A stretch of 64,000 nucleotides of DNA from the human T2T-CHM13v2.0 reference genome, Homo sapiens: NCBI RefSeq assembly GCF_009914755.1, contig NC_060929.1. One strand, written 5' to 3'. The position numbers and the translations under genes are program-made. Of the stretch, positions 23,381-34,500 are shown piece after piece; position 1 is the stretch's first letter; each line of letters starts with the position of its first letter. Below the pieces are notes generated by a model. It was not told the DNA's origin. It searched no databases and saw only the letters and a list, made by a program, of their open reading frames with translations.

Positions 23381-25864
23381 GAGCAAGAAAAACCTGTATC
23401 AAACAGCAAAGCTCCACTATCCCCCAGCCCCCAACCCCTTCCTCTCCTCCATGCAACACCCCCTCTTGTTCCCTGTGCCATTGCACAGCACAAACTACAT
23501 TCTCAAATAACCCTCCACTGGCTCTACGCCAATATAGTTACGTTTAGAACAAGTAGTAAATTCATTAGAAAGGATTTGGAAGTGATTTATTATGCTATAA
23601 AAATGTGAGAAGATAATCCCTCTAAAATACCTGCATTTTCAATTTGCATATTATATTGAAATCCAAATTGATCTGCAAATAAAAGCAATATAAGTTTAAA
23701 ACTTTGCTATTTATGTATAAAAACACCATATGTCTCCCTTGTCTCTGAATTAACTAGTTTTCTAAAGTGTCATAAGCCTTTTTTGATGTTTTATGTATTT
23801 ACACATATTTTTGAAGTTCTTAGAATACAAAATTAGGCCTAATGTGTCTTTAATTGATCTGTGGGACATAATGTCAAAGCACAATTTTAACATGTTCTAA
23901 GTCTTCAATTTATTTATCAGTGATCGAGGTCCATAACTTTATAATAGCTATCTTTAGGAAAATGAAAGTACTTATTTTTGTTACAGAAGTAAAACATGTT
24001 CACTATAGAGACTTTGGAAAGAGAAGAATAAAATAAAAATTATTCTTCCCAATCCCATCGCTCAAAAGTAATCCCTATTGGACTCCAGAGAAATACACAA
24101 CATTGTTTTCATTATAAGAGGCAGGTGAGTTTCCTGCTAATTCACTTCGCTCAACAGAATGCAAGCCCAGGGTCCTGGGCCAGCGCTTTGGAACCCCACC
24201 TGGTCCAGAAAAGCAAGACAAACAGAACTCAGTTCCTTTGAGGGGCAGAAATCAGGAGAACACCTGAATTAATTGTTAAAAATAGACTGCCGCCTGTCTG
24301 AAATATGAGAAACCTTGAAAAATATTCCCCACAAATTTTGTAAATCCCCTGAAGAAATACTATAAATCATTCAATCAATGGGACAGTCTTCTTTTGTGGC
24401 TGGAGCTGGAGATAAAATAATCAAAAAGGGGAAGCGCAGTGCAGCCTTTGAGGACCTGACAGCTGGCAGTGCCCGGTGCCTCCTCTCCAAAGCAGCTCAG
24501 AGCAAGGGCCTCCCTGCCACAAGCCCCACAGTACAGACAGTTCATTAAACAGAAAAACATTTTCCTTTCAAAGATGACTTTCAGATGCTGCATAGGTGAA
24601 ATTAAGGAGAGATTTAGTTCATGCCTAAAGTCACAAGCACATTCAAATATTTTCCTTCTACTTATGGATGTTTATTCAGATGAAAATAAAAGTGGACATT
24701 TTGGATACGCCTCCTAGTCCTTTGGATACTTGGTCTAAATGATAGTGAATGACTGATTGTTACCCTTTTTTAATTTTGAGGTTTGTTTGCCAGATAGCTG
24801 CAACTCAGAGCATTGAATCTTCTGAGAATAAATTCTTTACAGACCAGAAAGCTTGCAGTCTGCAAACCATTTAAATGGTTGAGGAGGTGGTGGTTACTCT
24901 AATGGTACATGCACACACACACACACACGCTTGTCACACACAGGAGCAAGAACTCTGCACCAGGTACTTTGCCAGGTACCCTACGTTATGCACTGCCTTT
25001 TTTTTGCAAGTGAGTTACTGTGATTCCCACCTTGTAAGCAACCAACTAAAACTTCTAGAAGTTAAACCATTTTATTCAAAAATCACACCATGCTGAAGCT
25101 GGGATTTGGTGCAGCTCCACTCAGTTTTATCCACTACGACACAACATGGATTGTTTAAAATTGTCAATAGAATGGCGTTAGTCCAATAAGGGAGAAAATG
25201 GAAGGAGAAGCTTCATGATGTGGCCTCTGCCGATAGTTTGGGATATTGTACTAAAGGAAGACAAAGCAATTGTAGCGGGAGGGCCTGCCATCTTAGAAGT
25301 ACAGGATACTAGGTCATACATTTCCTGTTTTGCACTTGTCAAAATTTTGAGATTGGCTTTTTAGAAATAATTAATGCATTCATTTGTTAAACAGGTATTC
25401 GTTACACACTATTTACAGGGCATTGGGATAAATGCAAAAAAATTTGTGAAGATACAAATGCATGCATTTGTGAGTATACACATACAACCTCATGTAGCTT
25501 ATAGTCTATGAGGAATAAATAAATTATTGTTATAATTACTTTTCATGAAAAGTAATTATACTTCAGACATCTATATGCCTGAAGTATAGAACTTCAGGGC
25601 AATAGAAATTTAGCCTCCCTTTTAGGAGACAGTACTGGAAGTGCTCCACCGGGCACACCAGCAGCCAGCAGGTCCAGCTGTTTGCCCTCAGGCACAACAT
25701 GCTGCCTCCTGTGGGGACAACTCTAGGACTGAAGCTAATACCTACTGCATGGCCCACTAAGTAACTGCGATTATTAGAACTGCTATCACTATTATTGCTG
25801 AATAAAGCCATCCCCTGCTGATCTGTCCCCCATCAGAAATACTCTTACATGGCTTCACTGAAGT

Positions 25865-26010
25865 GTATTTTATGCAAAAGGAAATTCACTCAATTTGCAT
25901 GAGCAGTTTGCTGAGTTATGATAAAAGTACACAGTTGTGCAATCATCACAACAATCAAGTTTTAAAGCAGCCACATCATCCCCCAAATTTCCCTCAGATC
26001 CCCCTTGCAG
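25865..26010 (-). mobile_element. Old L1M 3' end
   Basis: TGATAAAAGTACACAGTTGTGCAATCATCACAACAATCAAG...CATCATCCCCCAAATTTCCCTC is antisense L1ME/MD 3' terminus. Confidence 0.75.
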
Positions 26011-26828
26011 AAAAAGTATTGCACAGAACTCAGTACCCGCTCATGAAAAAAACTTTCAGGAAATTAGGAGTGGAAATTCCTCAACCTGAGAGCATCTGTG
26101 AAAAACCTCCAGCTAATCAGATATTTGATAGAGAAAGGCTAATGGTCTTATGACCACAAATGAGACACAGATGTCCACATTCATCAGTTCTATTAAGCGT
26201 TGTATAGGATGTACTAGCTAGAGCAATTGAGCAAGAAAAAATAAAGACATACAGATTAGAAAGGAATAAGTAGCCTCTACTTACAGACAACATGATTCTG
26301 AATACAAAACGTCCTAAAGAATGTAAAAGCAGTAAAACAGATAAGGGAGTTCAACAACATTACAGGATACAAGTTGATATAAAAAATTATATTTTTCTGC
26401 ACTAGAAGACAAAAAGTTCAGAATTGAAATTTTAAAAGACAAATCTATTTACAATAACATAAAAAATAACGAAGAATGAATATGACAAAATATTTGCAGA
26501 ACTTTTTCACTAAAATCCACAAAATAACTAACAGAAATTAATAAATGGAGATGTATTGAGTTCTTTGATTGAAAGACTCAATAGGAATATTCTTCAAATT
26601 GGTCTATAGCTATGACGTAATCCTTATCAATATCCCAGGAGGCATTTTATAGAAACTGACAAAATGATTGAAATTGTATATGGAAATGCAAAGGACCTAG
26701 AGTAACCAAATAATTTTAAAGTAAAAGAACAAAATCAGTGGACTAATTATCTGATTTCAAAATTCGCCATAAAATCATAGTAAGCAAGAGAATAAAGTAT
26801 CGCCATAACAATACATATATAGATCAAT
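26006..26828 (+). mobile_element. Old L1M ORF2 (RT-region) segment in sense orientation
   Basis: A-rich; GCAGAAAAAG...CTAGAGCAATTGAGCAAGAAAAA...TATATGGAAATGCAAAGGACCTAGA...ATAGATCAAT. Confidence 0.85.
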
Positions 26829-29600
26829 TCATTGAGATTTTATCTATGGTCCAGCATAAGGTATATCCTGGTGATAACTCTAGTCAAACTTGAAAAGTGT
26901 GTAGATACTTCTGTTATTGGGTAGGGTATTTTATCCATCTTAATTAAGTCGTTAGTTGATAGTGCTGTTCGCCTTCTCTATATGTATGGATTTATTCTAT
27001 CAGTTACTGATAGAGACATATTACAGTCTCCAACTATAATAGCTAATATGTCTAGTTCTCTTTTAATTCTGTGAGTTTTTCCTTTATTTATTATGGGTAT
27101 CTGTTTTTAGGCGCATAAATATAATTGTTATATATTCCTGTTCTAGTTTCCCTTTTATCATTATGAAATGCTTATTTTTGTCTCTAGTGTTGCCTTAAGA
27201 TATATTTTGCCTGATATTTAAATAGCTATTCTATTTGCCGTGTGGTTAATATATTCAGGGTACATATTTTTACATCTTTTTATGTTCATCCTAGGTATGT
27301 CTTTGAATGTAAAGTGCATCTTTTTTAGGTAACATATAGCTGTATCTTGCTGTATCATCCAGTTTGATAATTTTTAACTGTGATTCAATTGTTCACTCCA
27401 TTCCCATTTAATGTAATATTGACAGGGCTGAATTTGTACCTGCCATTTGGTGATTTTCTTTTTGTTCTTCTGATCCTATTTTACTAATTTCACTTGTTTT
27501 AAACAAATATTTTAGTACATACTTTAATTATTTTTTACTCTTTAGCTATGTTTCTGTACATGTTTTTAGTGGTTGCTCTAGCTTATCAAAATCTAACTTA
27601 ATATTAACTTATTTCTGGTAAAATGCTGAAACTTAATGATATTATAGTTTCATTATATTATAGCTTTATTACACCCTTTCTTTTCTTTGTGAGATTCTTG
27701 TCATACATATTTCATATACATACATGTTGATTCCAAAAATACAGTGTCACAATTTTAAACAGCCACATGTCTTTTAAAGAAATTAAGAGGGAGAAACGAA
27801 GAAACATCTCTTTCAGCTTTGCCCACATATTTACTTTTTCTGGTGTACTTCGTTCTAACTTTTACCTCCAAGTTACCATCTAGAGATACTCACTCAGCTT
27901 GATGGCCTTCTCTTAGCAGTTCGTGTAGGGCAGTTCTGCTAGCAATATATTTTCTGTTACTTTCTTGAGAGTGCATTTTTTTTTGAAGGATCATTTTGCT
28001 GGATATTGAGTTCTTGCCAGATGGATTTTTCAGGGGTTTTTGATTTTTCTTCTTTCAGTATGCTCTTTGAATATACCATTCAAATGTCTTCTCACCTTCA
28101 CTGTTTATAATGAGACGAAGTCAGGTGTTAACTTCATTGTTCCACTGTGTGTGATAAGTCAACTTTTTTCTTGTTGCTTCCAAGATTTTATCTTTGACTT
28201 TCATCATTCTGACTGTTGTGTTGTGTAGGTTTTGTTTTCTTTGCATTTATTCCATTTTAGGTTCACTAACATTCTGTAAGTTACATCTTTCACCAACTTT
28301 GGAAAGTTTCACCCTTTAGTTTTTAAAATATTTTCTCTGACTCTCTCTTTCTCTCTTTTTTCTTCTTGGACTCCAATTACATATATGTTTGAATGCTTGT
28401 TATTATCCCAGAGAACTGAGAAAATGTTTACTGGTCTTTAAATATTTTCTCTCTGTTTTTTCACTGAATGATTTCTATTGATATTTCTTCAAGTTAAATC
28501 TTTCTTCTTACATATTAAATCTGCTATTAAATCCATCTAGTGTTTTATTTCAATTATTGTATGTATTAGTTCTAGAATTTTCATTTATTTTTTAAAAAAT
28601 AGTTTCCATTTTTCTCTTGAGGTTCCATATTTGTTTACATATTATTAGCATATTTTCTTTTAGTTATTTGTACTTTTTAAAAATATTAGAATATATAGAT
28701 GATAGTAACTTAAAAATCTGTCTGCTAAATCCAGTAGAGTCTGAATCTGAATTAGATGTTTTTTATCAATAGCTTTTTTCCCCTTAGCATGTGACTTATT
28801 TTTTCTGTTTTTGAACACCTAGTAATTCTTGCTTTGAAATTGGACATTATAGAGAACACATTTTTAGCAACTTTGGATTCTATTTTGCCTTTGAGGTTTT
28901 TTGGTTATTTGTTTTAATAGATAATTAATTTACCTGAACACAAACTTTGAAATCTATCCCCTTGCCATCACCACTTTTTCTGTTCATACAGTTTTGAGCC
29001 TGAACCCATACGGTTCTCTCATGTACTTGAGTAGCTTAGTGGTCAGATAATAATTTGAGCAGATGTTACTCTTCATCGCAAGCTAGCCAGACTTCCATGT
29101 TTGGCTGCTAGCTTGATGTGGGTTGGGGAACACACTCAAGAGTGGATCAAATTCGTAAGTCTCCCCAGGATTTTGTTTTATGCCAGTCTCTTTCTGTCTG
29201 CACCTGCACATGGAATTCAGCAGTCACCATGGATGTGCATTGAGTTTATTGTCTCATTCCTTGTATGCTTTCTTGCTTCCAAAATCTCCAACTAAATTTA
29301 TAGCTTCTCTGTCATCATCTCAAGCCAAGTTTGCCATCCATGAGTGATAGAGCTTGGATTTCCGCTTCCAGAACGAGATGAAAAGGTCCATAGGCAAGAA
29401 TGCTACACACTCATCATTTTAACCTAATACGGTAGCAGTTTTTCCTGGGAAAGTGTTTCTCACATTTTTGTCTACATTTGATCATTCCTCAGTGCCCTGA
29501 AATTATTGTTTCAATATTTTGTCCAGTTTCATTATTCTTTACTGTGGGGAAAACTGCCTGATCTATTCATACCATTAGTATTCAAAGTTTGTTTCTTCAA
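26829..29600 (-). mobile_element. Old L1M endonuclease/ORF1/5' region
   Basis: T-rich antisense L1 (ATGGTCCAGCATAAGG...ACTTGAAAAG...GTCTCCAACTATAAT...GAAGGATCATTTTGCTGGATAT); right boundary approximate. Confidence 0.8.
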
Positions 29601-29868
29601 ATTCATGTTCATAATAATAATCCTCATGAGAAAAATCTTGGTTTATTGAGACTCAGGGTTTTCCGTATCTTTTCTCCATCATAAAAGTGAAATAACAAAT
29701 GTGTAATGTATTAACATTATACTCTACCAAAGTACTGATCTAGCTTGAAATAATAACAGCTAAACATAGCTCTTCTTGTGTGTCAATCAGTGTTCTAAGT
29801 ACTTTACATTGTAACCTATTTAATTCCTATATAAGGAAACCATATAAGAAAAGCATTAATATCATGCC

Positions 29869-30844
29869 TGTATTAGTCTATTTTCACACTGCTGTGAAGA
29901 ACTACCTGACACTAGGTAATTTATAAAGGAATGAGGTTGAATTGGCTTATGGTTCTGCATGTCTGGGGAAGCCTCAGGAAACTTACAATCGTGGTGGAAG
30001 ACAAAGGGGAAGCAAGGCACATCTTATATGGCTGTAGGAGAGAGAGAGAGAGAGAGAGCAAAGGGGGAAGTGTCACACACTTTTAAGCCATCAGATCTCA
30101 TGAAAACGCACTCTCTGTCATGAGAACAGCAAGGGGAAAATGTCCCCCGCACCCCCGATCCAATAACCTCCTGGCAAGCTCCTCTTCCAATTAGACATGA
30201 GATTTGGGAGGGGTCAGGGGCAGAATTATATAGTTTGGATTTGTGTCCCCACCCAAATCTTATGTCAAATTGGACGTGGGGCCTAGTGGGAGGTGATTGG
30301 GTCTTGGGGATGGGTTTTCCCCTTGATGTTCTCATGATAATGCGTGAGTTCTCATTAAATTTTTAAAATTTAATTACAGCCCTGCTGGGTTTCAGACTTG
30401 CATGGGGCCTGTAGCCTCTTGGTTTTGTCCTATTTCTCCCTTTTGCAATGGGAGCATTTACCCAATGCCTGTACCCCCCTTGTATCTTGGAAGTAACTAA
30501 CTTGTTTATGATTTTACAGGCTCATAGGCAGAAGGGACTTGCCTTATCTCAGATGATACTTGGACTTTTGAGTTAATGCTAGAATGAGTTAAGACTTTTG
30601 GGAGACTCTTTGGAAGGCATGATTGGTTTTGAAATGTGAGAAGGATGTGAGATTTGGGAGGGGCTAGTGGTGGAATGATATGGTTTGGCTCTATGTTCCC
30701 ACCAAAATCTCATCTTGAATTGTAATCACCACATGTCAGAGGAGGGTCCTGGTGAGAGGTGATTGAATCACGGTTTATGAATTTCTTCATAAATTACCCC
30801 ATCTCAGGTAGTTCTTTATAGTAGTGTGAGAACGGCTTAATACA
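29869..30844. mobile_element. Composite MSTA/THE1-type MaLR: LTR(-), PPT+LTR part(+), internal 3' part(+), deleted LTR(+)
   Basis: Starts TGTATTAGTC, ends TTAATACA; TSD ATGCC at 29864-29868 and 30845-30849; inserted into a minus-strand MIR. Confidence 0.9.
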
Positions 30845-31849
30845 ATGCCCTTTCTACAGATAAGAACCAAGGCTCAGGAAGAAGAACTGATTGATTAAAG
30901 CTATGCAACTAATTAGTAATGAAGTCAGGAATCAATCATGCTGGTTACTGAGTCCATGCCTGAGACACTGCACTCTTCCATCTCTTAAGTTCCTGAAACT
31001 GTGACTCAGGAAGATCCAACATCAAATCTACCATGGCACCTCACAGTGCTGCACTTATACTTGCTGTCTTCCACTCGACATCAGCATACTGGCTTGTTCT
31101 CTGATAATGCCTACAAGATCCAGCTTCACAAAATTCCTTTAGTTTATATGCAGAAATGAGAAGACTGTGTTTTTGTGCATTTTTACAATTTACATGTACT
31201 GTTTTTTAACTCTGGGTACATGAGGAAAATAAACGTCTGTGTTAAATGAAAGCATGCCACCAATTTCTGAGGTACCATACTGAGAACTTCCCTGTATGAT
31301 AATGTCATGGAAATATCACATCTGATTCTTTCAAGCAGTACTCAAACCAAGGCTCAGAATATTGGAGTGGATTCAAACAAATGTATTCCATCTACGTCCA
31401 TTCAGCCTGATTTGGCCATGAAATGATGGCCAAGAAAGGGAAGGAGGGCACCTGTGGATGTGTGAAGAGTGGAGAGGAGGTATAGGAGGAGCAGAGGTTG
31501 GGACTCAGTTTTTCACAGCCAAAAGTATACAGGAGGAAATCACTTGCTCCACGATATACAATTTGCCCCAAACTGCTTTTGAAGGAGATAGCTTGTGGTG
31601 TGATTAAATCATGCTTATAGTCAGATCATCTGAAAAGCATCCAGGTAGATTCCTAGGTTATATTGAGAGTGGAAGAACTGCTGCAAGATGACACAAAATT
31701 AGCAGCCCCAACATTCTTGCTCATGCATTTCATATGATGGGTTAATTTCCCCCGATAGGCGCATGCTTATGATTCCAGTAATGTGCTTAATGAAGCTTGT
31801 GAATGGTTGTCCACTGTATTGATTTTTAACCCAGATTTGAAATTACTTT

Positions 31850-32775
31850 ATCATTGTTTGCATCGTTTCATTTTGCATTATTTGTAGTATCTTTTTATTT
31901 CTTCATTTTTTTCTCTAACTTATTGAGATAAATACAAACTTTTTTATAGTTTATCTTCTTTAATAGTGATAGCAGTCTTTATATACAGAATTTTTATTTT
32001 GTTCCATAAGTTTTCATATAAGCATTCTATTTTGTGGCTTTCTAAATAACTTTAATTTCAGTTCTGATTTTCTCTAACTCACGATTATCTAAAACAGTTG
32101 TTGCTAATATCGAAAGAAGTAAGGTATTCTTATTGCCTTTTATCACTTATTTCTAACTTTTATTAGCTTATAATTAGAGAATATGAACTACAAAAAACTA
32201 CTATTGTAAATGAGTTATGACTTTTATAGGTAAGTACATATCCATTTTTGCAAATAATCCATATGCAGTATGCACATCTATAAAACACTCTCTGAAGAAA
32301 ATACATTTCTCTATATCTATGTCTTGTTATTTACTTATACATCTATAAATTTTTTGATTAACCTATGTTCTTTGTTTTCTAGTGGAAATATGTGATTGAG
32401 TGATGTTTGTGCATGCTTTGCACCATAACTATTCTGTTCGTACTTATTTTTTTGTTACATATTGAATGTTAAGTTGTTTGGTGTATTATGGTTTATTATT
32501 GGTGCAGTTTATTTATAAACGAGGACTCTGGCTATTAATATAAAATCCTCGTATATTGTTTAGAGTTTTCAACATTAAATTCTACCCCATCTCATGTTAA
32601 AGTTGGTTCCATAGCTTTCCTGTTTGTTTACTTGTATCTGGAATCTCTTCATGAACTTCTTTATTTTCAACCTTCCACTTTTTACTCACTTGGTTTTGCT
32701 TATTTTTTGTAGACATAATATAGCCAGGTTTATTAGTGTTTTGTTTATTTGTGTTTGTTTGGTTTGACCCAATCT
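31850..32775 (-). mobile_element. Highly decayed L1ME ORF2 fragments
   Basis: Strong T skew with remnant antisense L1 motifs. Confidence 0.55.
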
Positions 32776-33065
32776 AAAAATGGTTTTTCTGTGTAGCCCA
32801 AGAATAAGAGCAGTGACCTAGATTTGAATCTTCCCCCACAGCCACCAAAAATACTTTATAAAAAAAAAAAAAAAAACAGGGCAAATAGAATCCCACATAA
32901 CACAAACCTTCAGCACAACTATAGAGAAACCACATGGAACTGCCTGCATATAGAAAGATCAACACCAAACTCCATCAGAGGCAATGCTCATCCCCCATAT
33001 CAATGGCTGCTAATATTAGTCAGTGAAAGTTTGCCAAAAAACATGACATGTTCATGGTCCCAAAG

Positions 33066-33427
33066 TGATATGGTTTGGCTGTGTCCCTACCCAACCTCAT
33101 CTTGAATTGTAGCTCCCGTAATCCCCACATGTCATGGGAGGGACCTGGTGGGAGGTAATTGAATCATGGGGGCAGGATTTTCTTGTGCTGTTCTTGTGAT
33201 AGTGAATAAGTCTCATGAGATCTGGTGGTTTATGAAGGGCGGTTCCCCAGCACATGCCCTCTTTCCTGCCGCCATGTAAGATGTGCCTTTGCTCCTCATT
33301 CACCTTCTGCCATGATTGTGAGGCCTCTCCAGACATGTAGAACTCTGAGCCCATTAAATCTCTTTTTCTTTATAAATTATCCAGTCTCAGGTACTTCTTC
33401 ATAACAGTATGAAAATGGACTAATACC
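33066..33427 (+). mobile_element. THE1 (B/C/D-type) solo LTR
   Basis: TGATATGGTTTGGCTGTGTCCC start, GGACTAATAC end; TSD CAAAG at 33061-33065 and 33428-33432. Confidence 0.95.
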
Positions 33428-33469
33428 CAAAGCATCTCTCCACAAATGACTTCATTACAAGTGGAAGAA

Positions 33470-34500
33470 AATAGTAACTTTATGGTGGAAAGGCCTGGTG
33501 AACCCTGCTTTTGTGAAGCAATCAAAGGCAACTTCACCAGCAAAGAGACAAGGGGATATTCTGTGTTTTTTATATGATGCACAGAGAGGGACACACATCA
33601 CTTACATAAAAGTCCTGCAAAATTGAATTGAATCTAACCCAAATCTAATGCAGAGGAACCTTATGCAAACCCAAACCAAGGGTCACTTTAGGAAATAACT
33701 GGCCAGAGTTCCTCCAAAATGCCAGTGTCTTAAAAGACAGAGAAAGGTTGAGGAGTTCTCCCAAACAGAGGAAATTAATTATGTATGACAACTGAAAGTG
33801 ATGTGTGAGCCTGAAGTGGATCCTGAGCAGGAAAAAGAAATTTGCTATAAATGACATTATAGGGACAAATGGTAAATTATCAATATGAAATCTAGATTCA
33901 ATAATGGCCTATGATGGGGCACAGTGGCTCACACCTATAATCCCAGCACTTTGGGAGGCCGAGACAGGCAGATCACCTGAGGCCAGGAGTTCAAGAGCAG
34001 CCTGGCCAACATGGTGAAACCCCATCTCTACTAAAAATACAAAAATTAGCCAGGTGTGTTGGTGCACGCCTGTAATCTCAGCTACTCAGGAGGCTGAGGC
34101 ATAAGAATTGCTTGAACCCAGGAGGCGGAGGTTACAGTGAGCCAAGATCAAACCACTGCACTCCAGCCTGGGTGACAAGAGTGAAACTCCATCTCAAAAT
34201 AATAATAATAGCCTATGAATTTCCTAATTTTGACAATTTTCCTGTGGTTATGTTAGAGGAAATCCTGCTTTTCAGGGAATTCATACTGAACTATTTAAGA
34301 GTCAAGGGTCACCTTGTTTATAATTTACCATCAAATAGGTCAGAAAACTATTGCAAATGTACAGAAAGAAATGTACAGAAAAAATATATATAACAAGATA
34401 AAAATGTATTATTCTGATGAAGGTTATACAGGAAATCATAGTAGCCTTATGTCTTTTCTGTAAAGTTGAAATTTTATCGAATACAAAGTTTAGCAAGAAA
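33470..34500 (+). mobile_element. L1MC/L1MD 3' UTR interrupted by an Alu
   Basis: GTAACTTTATGGTGGAAAGGCCTGG...GGATCCTGAGCAGGAAAAAG...TTTCTGTAAAGTTGAAATT motifs. Confidence 0.75.
33915..34208 (+). mobile_element. AluS
   Basis: Full dimer, (AAT)n tail; TSD AATAAT(G/A)GCCTATGA on both sides. Confidence 0.95.

Noticed and set aside
25700-25722. CTCF-like motif (reverse CCCACAGGAGGCAGC)
   Set aside because: Several mismatches to the core consensus; unsupported without ChIP data
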